Part shown: one piece after another, positions 1 to 12,223 of the stretch | Layout of the letters: the number at the start of each line of letters is the position of its first letter | Position numbering within the stretch: the stretch's first letter is position 1 | Origin: Octopus vulgaris | Taxonomy: Eukaryota | DNA length: 64,000 nt | Direction of reading: 5' to 3' | NCBI GenBank assembly: GCA_951406725.2 | Contig: OX597838.1 | Coordinates: 33,170,001 to 33,234,000, forward strand | Notes under the pieces: generated by a model | Seen by the model: the letters and a program-made list of their open reading frames with translations, nothing else | Told to the model about the DNA's origin: nothing | Database searches by the model: none | Position numbers and translations under genes: made by a program

Positions 1-135
1 CGTGAATATATTGAAAACCTTTCGGTTATAGGGCAGAATTAGGACAGAGCATGAACGAAACTAACGCTAATAGGAAAAGAATGTGGTCTTTGCGGCCCTG
101 GAAAAAATATATTAAGAAAAAGAAGATAAACGTAG

Positions 136-210
136 ACAAGCGGTGGTGCCCCAGCATGGCCTCGGCCTTCGGGCTAAAACATTTTTAAGGATTTTTAAGG
201 ATTTTAAGGA
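136..210 (+). mobile_element. 3' end of a non-LTR retroelement (LINE/SINE tail with (TTTTAAGGA)n terminal repeats)
   Basis: GGTGGTGCCCCAGCATGGCC motif shared with the tail of SINE family B, then stem-loop GGCC-TTCG-GGCT, AAAAC and three TTTTAAGGA repeats. Confidence 0.5.
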
Positions 211-587
211 AGCCATGAGCTGAAGGTAAATTTGAAATGTTGGACAGGAGCTATGCATTAGGAGGGAGTTAATTTAATGTGTGACCTCATTTTAGAGTCC
301 CTGGTTAGGGAAGTGCTAACTTCCCAGGGTGAATGTGTCAAAAATGATTAGAGTGAATGGTTCTTCTCTAAGTATGCGCCTGTAGATTAGAGATCATGAG
401 ACAGGGTTCGTTCCTTTGGTGGTGAGGGTAATCCTGGGTCTGTGGGGGCTCCTTGATTGACCCTAGTTGCTGTTTCTTCTGTTTCAAGAGGACTGCTTCA
501 TTCTTGTCATCACATATTTAATATACGATGATTAATTTTATTGTTATTGTGGTTAATAAAGAAACCGTTAGTATTACTCTTATTGAG

Positions 588-911
588 GGCGGCGAGCTAG
601 CAGAATCGTTAGCACGCCGGGCGAAATGCGTGGCCGTATTTCGTCTGCCGTTACGTTCTAAGTCCAAATTCCGCCGAGGTCGACTTTGCCTTTCATCCTT
701 TCGGGGTCGATAAATTAAGTACCAGTTACGCACTGGTGTCGATGTAATCGACTTAATCCGTTTGTCTCTCCCTGTTTGTCCCCTCTGTGTTTAGCCCCTT
801 GTGGGTAATAAAGAAATAGGTATCTCGTCTGCCGCTACGTTCTGAGTTCAAATTCCGCTGAGGTCGACTTTACTTTTTATCCTTTCTGGGTCGATTAAAT
901 AAGTACCAGTT
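588..911 (+). mobile_element. tRNA-derived SINE family A, about 1.5 head-to-tail copies
   Basis: A-box-like TAGCAGAATCG, B-box-like GAGTTCAAATTCC (second copy), central GCCTTTCATCCTTTCGGGGTCGATAAATTAAGTACCAG; the body restarts after AAAGAAATAGG at about 820; more than 10 homologous copies in the window. Confidence 0.9.
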
Positions 912-1100
912 GCCACTAAGGGACATGCTCATCTGCTTAAGATCAAACAAATGACAATCAAATCTGTGGTATGGAACAGAATATTTGATGTAGAGCCTAT
1001 CTTTTATACCAAAATTAAACAATGTACATGATAACACTTCGAATCAATTAAGATCAAAAGCCATGATAGCCACTGCTTGGTATTGCATCAGGGCATTTGT
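912..1100 (-). mobile_element. Fragment of (TAA)n-associated non-LTR retroelement (same family as 15858-16297)
   Basis: GCCACTAAGGGACATGCTCA...AAATCTGTGGTAT is the reverse complement of 15865-15925; abuts an (ATT)n tract. Confidence 0.7.
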
Positions 1101-1102
1101 TA

Positions 1103-1104
<2 letters not shown>

Positions 1105-1164
<60 letters not shown>
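1105..1164. repeat. (ATT)n microsatellite
   Basis: direct reading. Confidence 0.95.
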
Positions 1165-2019
1165 GGGGGTCGATTTAATCGACTTTACATTCTTTCTTCC
1201 TTTCCAAATATCTGACCTCGTTGCCAACGCGAGAAATCAATTGATAGAGTAGTGTCTTATTGTCAGACATGTTATGAAACTGCAGCGGAAGTGACGTAAA
1301 AAAAAGTCTCAAGGAATAAATGTACAGATTGTTGTTCTTCACTGAAGGAAGGATTGTACTTTTAAAGCCACACACACACACACACACACATAGCTGTTTA
1401 AGTAATAAGGAATAAATAATCGCCGTTTTGTTCTGCAAATACTCTTCCAAAAACGCTTCTTTTAGACTAAACTAAACTAATTTAAACATATTCTTAAAGA
1501 GTTTATTATTTTCAGAATATATGTTATTTTATTTTGTTTATATTTTTTCTATATTGGCTTGCCATACATAGTATGGCACCCCGTTCTAGAGGAAGAACAA
1601 GGAGAGAAAAATTCGATATGTAAAGGATGGGCAGCAGATAGACTTTAAGAGTAAAATATTTAATATGTCCCGCGTGATAGGCACGCGGTTCTTAAATCAA
1701 GATCGTGTTTAGGTAATTCTATACAGGTTTCTGTGAAGAACGTTAATTTGACTGAGGACAAATTATTTATGCCTAAAAATAAACAGAATTCCGTCATGCT
1801 TGCATGGAACCAATCCTAGAAAAACTGTTAAAAGAGGCGAGTTTTGTTTAAATATGGTTACAGGAATCGAGTTCTACTTGAGTTAATTGAATGAAACGAA
1901 GCCGTTTTACTCCATTCCGTTGCAGAACGAACAAAGGAGGCTTCTATGTAATCGCACGACCCACTAGAAATAGCACCCAAATTACATTTTTATACATTCT
2001 ATTTTATTTATTTATTTTC

Positions 2020-2430
2020 TTTTGCTTGTTTCAGTCATATGATTGCGGCCATGCTGGGATAGCAACAATGAAGGGGGTTAGTCGAACAAATCAACCCCAG
2101 GGTTTATTTTTTTTAAAATATGGTACTTACGCTATCGGTTTCCAATTTTGCCGATTCGCTACGTTTCGGGGGCCATAAACAAACCAACACTGGTTGTCAA
2201 GCAGTGGTAACGACAAAGCACAAAGACCCCCATACATACATATATACATACACACTCAATCACTCACACACACACGACAGGCTTCTTTCAGTTTCTATCT
2301 ATTAATCCAGTCACAAGGCTTTCGTCAGCCCGATAAGTGGGGAGGCTGTAGTAGGTGACATTTGCCCAAGGTGCCACGCTGTCGGATGGATCCCAGAACC
2401 ATGTAGCTAGGAAGCCAACGTCTTAACCTC
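2020..2430 (-). mobile_element. SINE family B, diverged copy
   Basis: Homologous throughout to the cleaner copy at 2496-2892. Confidence 0.8.
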
Positions 2431-2495
2431 ACTACGACGCCAGCTCTCTTTTTATACCAACCCGTTGGAGGCCGCCCACAATCCTATTTTTTTTT

Positions 2496-2892
2496 CTTTT
2501 AGTTGTTTCAGTCATTTGACTGCGGCCATGCTGGAGCACCGCTTTTAGTCGAGCAAATCGACCCTGGGACTTATTCTTTGTAAGCCCAGTACTTATTCTA
2601 TCGGTCTCTTTTTGCCAAACCGCTAAGTGACGGGGACGTAAACACACCAGCATCGGTTGTCAAGCAATGCTAGGGGGACAAACACAGACACACAAGCACA
2701 CACACATACATACATATACACATATATACGACAGGCTTCTTTCAGTTTCCGTCTACCAAATCCACTCACAAGGCTTTGGTCGGCCCGAGGCTATAGCAGA
2801 AGACACTTGCCCAAGATGCCACGCAGTGGGACTGAACCCGGAACCATGTGGTTGGTTAGCAAGCTACTTACCACACAGCCACTCCTGCGCCT
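2496..2892 (-). mobile_element. tRNA-derived SINE family B, full length
   Basis: Minus strand: TGGCTGTGTGGT A box, GGTTCAGTCCC B box, CCTTGGGCAAGTG-like core, internal (TG/TA)n, tail GGCGGTGCTCCAGCATGGCCGCAGTCAAATGACTGAAAC; about 20 copies or fragments in the window. Confidence 0.92.
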
Positions 2893-2967
2893 ATGATACA
2901 TTTTTTTAAAAAAAGAGATCTAAATTAAAAAAAAAAAACTTCCATCACTATTTCATGAGTAATGAAG

Positions 2968-3175
2968 GGAATGAGCTGGCCGAATCGTTAGCACACCAGG
3001 CAAAATTCTTAATGGCATTTCGTCCGTCTTTATGTTCTGAGTTCAAATTCCACCGCGGTCGACTTTACCTTCCATCCTTTCGGAGTCTATTGAAAAAGTA
3101 GCAGTAGAACATTGGAGTCAAAGCAGTCGACAAGTCCGCTTCCCTCAAATTTCAGGCCTTGTGCCTACTGAAGAA
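2968..3175 (+). mobile_element. SINE family A (subfamily with the TTTCAGGCCTTGTGCCTA tail)
   Basis: A/B boxes and central CCATCCTTTCGGAGTC motif. Confidence 0.8.
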
Positions 3176-3645
3176 TTATGCGTAATTATAACTATTTAAT
3201 TGTAATTGTTCTGTAAATGATACATAACCTTTTTCGAAACAGCTGTAAAGAGAAATGAATATTCGAAGCATCAGTGATATTTTATGTTAAAGAAAATAAT
3301 ATCACTGGTATTATAAAGAATGGTCATATCAGATATATGGTTCTAAATGCCCTTAAATAGACTGGTTGGAATGTGTTTTGATTATAAAATCTGCGAGTAA
3401 AGATTTCGAGTTGATCTTAAATCAACGAAAGGAATTTACAGGACACCGAATGTTTCTCGAGACCTTTCTAGAAACACAATCTGGAAGATTTTCATTCCAA
3501 AAACATTTCTGAGACTTATTACTGCCATTATTTCAAGAATGTTAGTAGCATACACCCGGAATAAAGACCTACCCGAACTCAAATACGAACCATTTGCTAA
3601 TGAAGTAATCAAATAATTACTGCTACTACGGTTGCTGCTGCAAGT

Positions 3646-3649
3646 GCTG

Positions 3650-3686
<37 letters not shown>

Positions 3687-3759
3687 CACTACTTTACTAC
3701 GTGGTCGTCGTCATCGAGGTATACACATACATATGTGTGAATCTCTGTGTATGTGTATG

Positions 3760-3841
<82 letters not shown>

Positions 3842-3981
3842 GAGAAGGAGGAGATGGAGGAGGAGGAGGAGGAGGAAGAGGCAGGAGAGGGAGAGATAGA
3901 TATGTAGACAGACATAGGCATACATACATACATACAGACAGACAGATAGATAGATAGACAGACAGATAGATAGATAGATAG

Positions 3982-4067
<86 letters not shown>

Positions 4068-4080
4068 CATAGATAGAAAG
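3646..4080. repeat. Compound microsatellite block (CTA)n,(TA)n,(GA)n,(GGA)n,(GATA)n
   Basis: direct reading; explains the ORFs 3689-4234 etc. Confidence 0.95.
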
Positions 4081-6540
4081 ACATAGACATAAACATGCCA
4101 CACACACTTTGTATATGTATATGTATGAATACAATGTATACATTTAAACTTTTACACATGCATATACACTTGTATGCACACACTATGTATAACGTAAGCG
4201 CGCGCGTGAGCATGCGTGTTTCTTTGTTATCCAAACTGAGTGTATGCTGCTGCCGCTGCTGCTGCTGCTAACTTTTAACATTTGATGGGGATGTTGCTCT
4301 GGTTTTGTCTTCAGCGTGGGAAACAAACAAGAGCGAATATTATGCGAAATGTTCTGATTTTGTTCTAACTGGAGAGACCTGTAAAAAGCAGACGACATTT
4401 AAACGCAATAATCGGTTGCTTTCGCTCGCTCTATGACAACTCCGCCTCATTTTCTCTCTCTCTCTCTTTCTCTCTGTCCCCATCGCTCATCTGTAATTCT
4501 AGTTCCATTGCTCGACTCTTTGTCTTTCTCACTCTTTATTTCTTTCTCTTTCTCCATTTATTTATTCATTTGTTTCGTAAGTTCTGCAGAGGATAAGATT
4601 TCAAGTAATTTCAAAAACGGAGGGAGTCAGACGATGTTTAAAGCGAGTAGTTTGTCGTTGCAGCGAAACCTAACATACAGTTAATAAGTACGCTTTATTT
4701 CAAAAGGGTAATTCATGGTATTTTCACTAAATTAAAAATGATTTATTTCATTAAATAAAAATTAATGGAAATAAATATAAAATAAAATGAATTATAATTC
4801 TTTTTTGTAACATTGGCTGGCACAACTAACTGCACAAGTTTTAAAGGGGTGGAGGGGTATCGTGAATTATATTTGACCTTTCCACAGTGCATGGCCGGCA
4901 CATATTAAATCGAGCCCCGCTAAAGATGAAGGGCAGATTCTTTCTCGGTGGGTTTTAAAATTCAGAACGTAAAAAATCGGGATTAAACACTATATGGCAA
5001 TTCTTCCAGCACTCTGCCGATTGCTTAAGTCCACTGCTTTTAAATCATATAACGACGGATAACTTTCGGTGTGAAAGCAACAATCAATCATGTTGACTCC
5101 AGTATTTCACTGGTAGTTGATTTTTATAGGGCTCCGAAAAGAATAAACCATAAAGTCGACCCTCGGAGGAATCCTCACTCGAGACGTGATACATAACCTC
5201 TCTGTGAGAGATAACAGCAAGACCTAAGCTGGGGGGGGGGGGTTTCTGACGTCTGTCGTTTTTTTTAGATTCGCTTAGACTTGTATTATCGATAATTAAA
5301 ACCAGTTAATTATCTTCACCTCACCTTCCACTATCTGCAACTTTCCTCTAATTGCACTCAGTATTCGTGAGGTGCCAATGTTGGATTCAATGTACAGCTA
5401 ATGCCTGATATTATCGGCTCAGTTTGGGGCAAAAATGAACAAACGGACCCATAACAGTGACTCGAAAAAGGTACCTATCACTTGTTAGGTGACCATGTCA
5501 TTGCTTTTGGGCAAAACAAAAACAAAAAAAAATGCAAACGGATCTACTACCGGACTCTAACAAGATACCTATCGGACGACAACTATTGACTGTTACTACA
5601 TAATATCGGCCTGCCGTTCCATCTTCTCAAATTAGCTACTATAAACGCTCAGTTATTTCAGCTAATATTTCGCTGCACTTTATTACTTCATCAGTCTCTT
5701 AGCGCTAGCAAGATATGAAGATATGTTATTAATATTTGACAAAGTAAAGTGTTTCCCGTTGTGCTGATGTTCACGGAATAAGCCCAGAGAATCAAATTAT
5801 GAATTTAACTGCTTAAATTTTCATGTTAAAATAATAAAGAGATTTATAAGGCAAAAAAGAAGCAGAAAAGAGAAGAAAATGGATTCCTTTCTCTTTTATG
5901 CCTGAAAAACTCGGTGTTAATAATGTCTCCTGAGCCTTTACGTTGAAAATCTTAAAAGCAAAAACACAAATTTCTTTGGAGATAGTGGTGGGGTGAAGTT
6001 TTGTTTCTTTTGGTATCTGTTAGAATCTGAAGAAAGGATTACATCGCCTATGTCAGTTCTTGGAGGCATAGACGGAAACCAATACAAGAAATACCAGACC
6101 CATGGCACCGCTTTCTGGTACTTTCTCTGCCAGTGTTCTCTGAGGATTAATTTCCTTTTGGCGGCTTAGAACTTGTCATGTGACACGATTAACGGAGTTG
6201 AGTGAAGTCTCACAGTTTTAATGGAGGTGCATGCATTTGTGTGCGCGCACGCACACGTACACGCACGCACACGTACACGCACGTACACACATACACACAT
6301 ATATGTATACATTCATAAATATAAATTTGCAAGTGTATACATACACATAAATACATATATATATACACACATACACGTGTACATGTGTGTACATGCACTT
6401 AAACACGCACATCTATACACACAAACGCATAAATACATGCACTCAAAAATACATGTATACATGTATACATACACGTAAAGCTAAACACGTGCGCATGTGC
6501 TTAAATTTAAATATATGTATATCTATACAGTTGTGTATGT

Positions 6541-6815
6541 GGAGGCGCGATGGTCCTGTGGTTAGGGCGTTGTGTGTGTTTATTGAGCAAAAACACCTAA
6601 AAGCTCCACGAGGCTCCGGCAGGGGGTGGTGGCGACCCCTGTTGTGCTCTTTCGCCCCAAACTTTCTCTCACTCTCTCTTCCTGTTTCTTGAGTAACGCT
6701 GCGATGGACTGGCGTCCCGTCCAGCTGGGGGGGGGGGGGCATACGCCACAGAAACCGGGAAACCGGGCCCATGAGACTGGCTTAGCTTGAAAAGGGTGCA
6801 TAAATAGAAACAAAA
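6541..6815 (+). mobile_element. tRNA-derived SINE family C with 16-bp TSD
   Basis: ATACAGTTGTGTATGT duplicated at 6525-6540 and 6816-6831; body GCGATGGACTGGCGTCCCGTCCAG and GAAACCGGGAAACCGGGCCCATGAG shared with 38302-38820; head partly deleted. Confidence 0.9.
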
Positions 6816-7279
6816 ATACAGTTGTGTATGTATGGATGCCCGTTTAAGAATTGACACACGAAAACATGCGCATATGAACACATCTATGCATAAATACATA
6901 TACATACATATGCACACATATATGTATACATACACACGTGAGTATATAAGTACATGCACACACACACACACGAATAAACATGGAAACATCCGCATATAAG
7001 TGCGGTATCTACTCAAATACATATATAAATGAATATACACAAACACACGCATACTCGTATGAATACACACGTACACACACATAGACCTATACATAGAACC
7101 GTTCACGGTTAACCACATATACATATACATTACACAAGATTTGCAGAATCATTTCAACCGTACTCCCATTGAAATACAATCCGACTCTTTAAAAATGAAA
7201 AGTACAGTTAATCTCTGTGTGTGTGTGCGTGTGTACATATATATTATGTGTGTATGTGTGCATGTATATATAAATATAT

Positions 7280-7495
7280 AGTTAATCCAAACAAGAAAAC
7301 AAAAACAAAAAAACACAACAACGCAAGGACGTGGAACAAATAAAGTATTATTGGACGCTCAGGAAAGAAGGGAAGAAGGAGGGTTTGACGTTTCGAGCTG
7401 AGCTCTTCGTCGGAAACATAGGAGAAGGAAAAATCCCGAGAAGGGAAGACAGGGGAAAAAATCGCTAGTGGTACACACGAGGTCACATACTGAAA
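7280..7495 (-). mobile_element. Penelope-like terminal-repeat fragment carrying a minimal hammerhead (family P1)
   Basis: Homologous to 23155-23370, 36688-36896 and 15285-15470; adjacent to TA/TG microsatellite. Confidence 0.75.
7383..7417 (-). ncRNA. Minimal type I hammerhead ribozyme, U4C mutant (probably inactive)
   Basis: guuu-CCGACGA-A-GAGC uca GCUC-GAAA-CG-UC-aaac. Confidence 0.7.
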
Positions 7496-7554
7496 GGCGG
7501 AAGTAGTAAAAGTAAAAGAATAATGTTTTTTAAAGACAGGAGAGCTATATATAT

Positions 7555-7650
7555 GCGCAATGGCCCAGTGGTTAAGGCAGCGGATTCGCTGTCGTACGAC
7601 CGCGGTTTCGATTCCCAGACCGGGCGTTGTGAGTGTTTATATCAGCGAAA
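7555..7650 (+). mobile_element. tRNA-like head of SINE family C
   Basis: TGGCCCAGTGGTTAAGGCAGCGG...GGTTTCGATTCC A/B boxes, followed by SINE body GGGCGTTGTGAGTGTTTAT. Confidence 0.8.
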
Positions 7651-7894
7651 AGGAATTTAAATTTGGTGACAGAGTTGAAAGACCTTGACAAAGCACCGGT
7701 CGCGAGCTGCTATGAATGTGTTTTGATATCTTTGCACCAAACAAGGAAAAACAAAAACTCAGTTTATCGATACGTCATAAATTACTCCAAATTAATAGAG
7801 ATCCGACATGGAACAACAACAAAAAGTTGAAATATAAATACTCTGTTCGAAAATTGCCCGGCAACGACACTAAGCTCAGCCAGTGTGCAGGAGT

Positions 7895-8002
7895 GTATGT
7901 ACACACACACGCATGCGCACAAACGCACACACAACACGTATATGTATGTATGTGTGTATATATGGCTGTGTACACACACACCTATATATACACACACGTG
8001 TT

Positions 8003-8038
<36 letters not shown>

Positions 8039-8094
8039 CATATATGTATGTTTGCATATATGTATGTATGTATATATGTCTGTGCACACACACG

Positions 8095-8177
<83 letters not shown>

Positions 8178-8420
8178 GTAGTATATATGTATGTATGTGT
8201 GTATATATATATATGTGTGTATGTGCACACACACACACACACACACATATATGCATACATATATGTATGTTTCATATATGCATGTATGTGTATATATATA
8301 TGTCTGTGCATACACACACATATATATATATGTATATTTGTATGTATGTGTATATATATATGTGTGTGTGTGTGTGTGCACAGACATATATTTACACAAA
8401 CACACATGTGTATGTATGTA
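7895..8420. repeat. Compound (TA)n/(CA)n/(TG)n microsatellite
   Basis: direct reading. Confidence 0.95.
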
Positions 8421-9048
8421 AGTTCTTATTTTCGTGTACAATTTCTTTGTTGGGAAAAAGAAACGAGCTAAAGAAAAATATATTCTCTGTTTGGTTTGTT
8501 TAAAGTTACTTGCACCCCAGAGTACTATAAAAGTAAACCTCGCAACCTACCCGACTCCACCCTGACAAGATCAGCTGGTAACTCAGCAACTAGGGATCAA
8601 ATACAGCCCATGTCTGGGGTGGAACTGGGCTGCGGTACTGCTATTTCTGCTGTTGTACTGACACGACATCCTAAGCCGCACTTCCTCTCCCTCAAACTAC
8701 TAGAAAAAAACCCCAGATAAATTTCCGTCAGATCACATGGTTACCATTTTGAGACAATGGATATATGAGATTAGGGTACCCCTGGAGTATGCCCTTTGTC
8801 AGTGGCACGGTGGTTAGGGCAGTCGTAGACAAACTGCGGTCCGTGAATGGCTATTTCGATCTTTATGGAGATAGTCAGCAAGAAACAAATAAATTAAACT
8901 AAATGTAACATTTAACGAGGGTTTTACAAGCTACAACATTCAAATTAGTCGGCAGCAAATCTAAGACGAAAATAAATATAGCAACGGCACGTCGTGACGC
9001 CATTAACTGGCCACCACTATCAATGTTTCTCTCCCTTTCTGACTTCCC

Positions 9049-9112
<64 letters not shown>

Positions 9113-9131
9113 GAGACTCGGAACCAATATT

Positions 9132-9735
9132 CTTTTCTACTCTAGGCACAAGGCCCGAAATTTTTGGGAAGGGGAGCCAGTCGATTAGATCGACCCCAAT
9201 GCGCAACTGGTACTTAATTTATCGACCCCAAAAGGATGAAAGGCAAAGTCGACCTCGGCGGAATTTGAACTTAGAACGTAAAGACAGACAAAACACTGCT
9301 AAGCATTTCGCCTGGCGTGCTAACGTTTCTTATTTCTTTATTGCCCACAAGGGGCTAAACATAGAGGGGACAAACAAGGACAGACAAACGGATTATGTCG
9401 ATTATATCGACCCCAGTGCATAACTGGTACTTAATTTATTGACCCCGAAAGGATAAAAGGCAAAGTCGACCTCGGCGGAATTTGAACTCACAACAACGGT
9501 AGACGAAATACCTATTTCTTTACTACCCACAAGGGGCTAAACATAGAGGGACTAACAAGGACAGACAACGGACTAAGTCGATTACATCGACACCAGTGCG
9601 TAACTGGTACTTATCCCCAAAAGGATAAAAAGCAAAGTCGACCTCGGAGGAATTTGAACTCAGAACATAACGGCAGACGAAATACGGCTACGCATTTCGC
9701 CCGGCGTGCTAACGTTTCTGCCAGCTCGCCGCCTT
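9132..9735 (-). mobile_element. SINE family A trimer inserted as one unit, 16-bp TSD
   Basis: ACTCGGAACCAATATT at 9116-9131 and 9736-9751 brackets one head, three bodies and one terminal tail. Confidence 0.92.
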
Positions 9736-9877
9736 ACTCGGAACCAATATTGCGAGGCTTTCTATTGACTCTGGCATGTCGTCGCCTAAAATATTAATTA
9801 AACTATTCAGGTATTCGACTGAATGTTCATCCTCGAAGCCGACGGAAGATCCTTCACAATAATTATAATCATTAATT

Positions 9878-10200
9878 CAGGAATGACCCTCGGATTACAC
9901 CTAGAAATTACCCATCCGAGGCACAAGTCTAGGCAAGGTTGTTTATGGAAGACCAGCAGTTGCGCATGCTTGCCACCCTTCCTTCTCCATGCCACCGATG
10001 TTATCCAAGGGAAAGGCAAAGGGGCCGAAAAAGCTAGGGTACCAGTGATGTTGCAACTCATTTCTACAGCTGAGTAAATTGGAGCAACATGAAATAAAGT
10101 GTCTTGCTGAAGAACACAACAGACAAGCCAATCGTCCAGAAATCGAACTAATAACCTTACAATTGTAAACCCGACTGCCTAACCTCTGAGACATGCGCCT
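9878..10200 (-). mobile_element. tRNA-derived SINE family D
   Basis: Homologous to 61113-61430 (TTGCCTTTCCCTTGGATAACATC, CTGCTGGTCTTCCATA). Confidence 0.85.
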
Positions 10201-10351
10201 TCAGTTAATTATTAATTAATTACCGAATTAATTTTTCAGGTAGCAAAACCTACGCAAGTATAAATGCTTTGGGTACGCCGGTTACGAAACGTTTGTAGTC
10301 GCAGTTTAGAATGGGGTGGAGAGTGGTGGATTGAGGAAAAAACCCTTTTTT

Positions 10352-10850
10352 CTTTTACTTGTTTCAATCATTGGACTGCGGCCATGCTGGGGTAACACCT
10401 TGATGGATTTACTCGAACAAATCGGCCCCACGATTTAATTTTAAGCTTGGTACTTATGCTATCAGTTTGCAGTTTTTGCCGAACCGCTAAGCTACGAGGG
10501 CGTAAATAAAGCAACACCGGTCATCATGAGGCGGTGGAGGAAAAGTTCAAATGGATTTACTCGAACAAATCGGCCCCACGACTTAATTTTAAGCTTGGCA
10601 CTTATGCTATCAGTTTGCAGTTTTTGCCGAACCGCTAAGCTACGAGGGCGTAAATAAAGCAACACCGGTCATCATGAGGCGGTGGAGGAAAAGTTCAAAT
10701 GGATTTACTCGAGCAAATCGGCCTCACTACTTAATTTTAAGCTTGGCACTTACGCTATCAGTTTCCAGTTTTTGCCGAACCGCTAAGCTACGAGGGCGTA
10801 AATAAAGCAACACCGGTCATCATGAGGCGGTGGAGGAAAAGCTCAAACAC
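10352..10850 (-). mobile_element. SINE family B 3' half with an internal 148-bp segment triplicated
   Basis: ATGGATTTACTCGA starts at 10403, 10551 and 10699; copies nearly identical. Confidence 0.9.
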
Positions 10851-11094
10851 ACACATACACATACGCAAAAACACATTGAAGAGATTACTTTCAAATCCGG
10901 TGTAAGCGCATATTTGGTCGATTTCATGATAACCATTAAAGAACAATCTGCAAGCCGCTGGTCTCATGCTTCGTGAAATTTTGTTCAGTCAGACTGGGAG
11001 AGATGCCATAGAGATGCCATTACAGATGCCATATGGACTCCATAGAGACAGGAAGCGAATCTTAATCTTCCAATCAAAACCAGATATTCTTTAA

Positions 11095-11553
11095 TTCTTT
11101 TATTGGTTTCAGTCGTTTCGACTGCGGCCACGCTGGAGCACCGCCTTTAGTCGAATAAATCGACCCCAGGACTTTATTCTCTGTAAGCCTAGTACTTCTT
11201 CTATCGGTCTCTTTTGCCGAACCGCTAATGTTATGGGGACGTAAACACACCAGCATCGGCTGACAAGCGATGTTAAGGGGGTGTGACAAACAGACACACA
11301 AACATACACACACGCATGCATATACATATGTATATCTATATCTATACATATATATCTGTGTGTGTGTGTGTGAGAGTAATGTAGTTCGCTTGAAGCATTG
11401 TGGATTGTTTGTAAAGAATAAAATGTTTTGGATGGAACAACAATGCTCTTTAATACAAATAGGCTTCTTTCAGTTTCCGTCTACCAAATCCACTCACAAG
11501 GCTTTGGTCGGCCCGAGGCTATAGTAGAAAACACTTGCCCAAGGTGCCACGCA
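11095..11553 (-). mobile_element. SINE family B, interrupted in its internal microsatellite
   Basis: Homology to 2496-2892. Confidence 0.85.
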
Positions 11554-11743
11554 ATATTCAAGTTGTTGTTTTAAACAATTCCTCAAAAGTCACTCCAATG
11601 CATATATCTGGTTTTAAACGTAAACACACACACAGATGCACTTACGAAAGATACACACACACACGATGGGCTTCTTTCGGTTTCCCTTTACCAAATCCAT
11701 TCCATGGCTTTGGTCGCTCAGTTGCTATGGTAGGAGAAACTTG

Positions 11744-11928
11744 GGCGAACCTTAGGTATATGTACCGGTGTAAGTACCTGAAGTACCGGATACATTTAAA
11801 AAAAGGGGTTTTTTTTATATATGGGGGGGGGTAGGGTTAGGGTTAGAGTTAGGGGTGGGAGAAAAGGGTTTCTGTTATCTTCAGAAATGTAAACAAAGTC
11901 ACGTGTGTACATATACCGAAGCATCGCC
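11744..11928. mobile_element. MITE with about 22-bp TIRs, 8-bp TSD and internal TTAGGG-like repeats (Merlin-like termini), nested in a SINE B head
   Basis: GGCGAACCTTAGGTATATGTAC / GTACATATACCGAAGCATCGCC; flanks GAAACTTG (11736-11743) and GAATCTTG (11929-11936); the host SINE resumes exactly after it. Confidence 0.8.
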
Positions 11929-12144
11929 GAATCTTGCCCAAGGTGCCATGCAGTGGGACTGAACCTGCAACCATGTAGTTGGGAAGCAAGCTTCTTACCA
12001 CATGGCTACGGCATGGGCGTTATTTCCTTATCAGGTCGAGCGGCCACGTAGCGTGTTTGGTTCAGATATCTACAGTGCGACTGTAAGCATTCTTGCCTCT
12101 GCATGCGTGCGCACGCACACACACATACACACACGCACACATAC

Positions 12145-12223
<79 letters not shown>

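Noticed and set aside
211-515. Possible LINE ORF2 C-terminal remnant on the minus strand
   Set aside because: No frame gives a motif I can identify with confidence
5645-5698. Minus-strand CUGAUGA...GAAA
   Set aside because: Neither stem I nor stem II can pair; chance match
7555-7625. tRNA gene
   Set aside because: tRNA-like head continues into SINE body sequence; no proper acceptor stem or terminator; same for other SINE heads
11831-11859. True telomere or chromosome fusion site
   Set aside because: Only about 4 imperfect units, and they lie inside a TIR/TSD-bounded MITE
11860-11890. Minus-strand CUGAAGA-UAACA-GAAA inside the MITE
   Set aside because: No stem I complement and effectively no stem II
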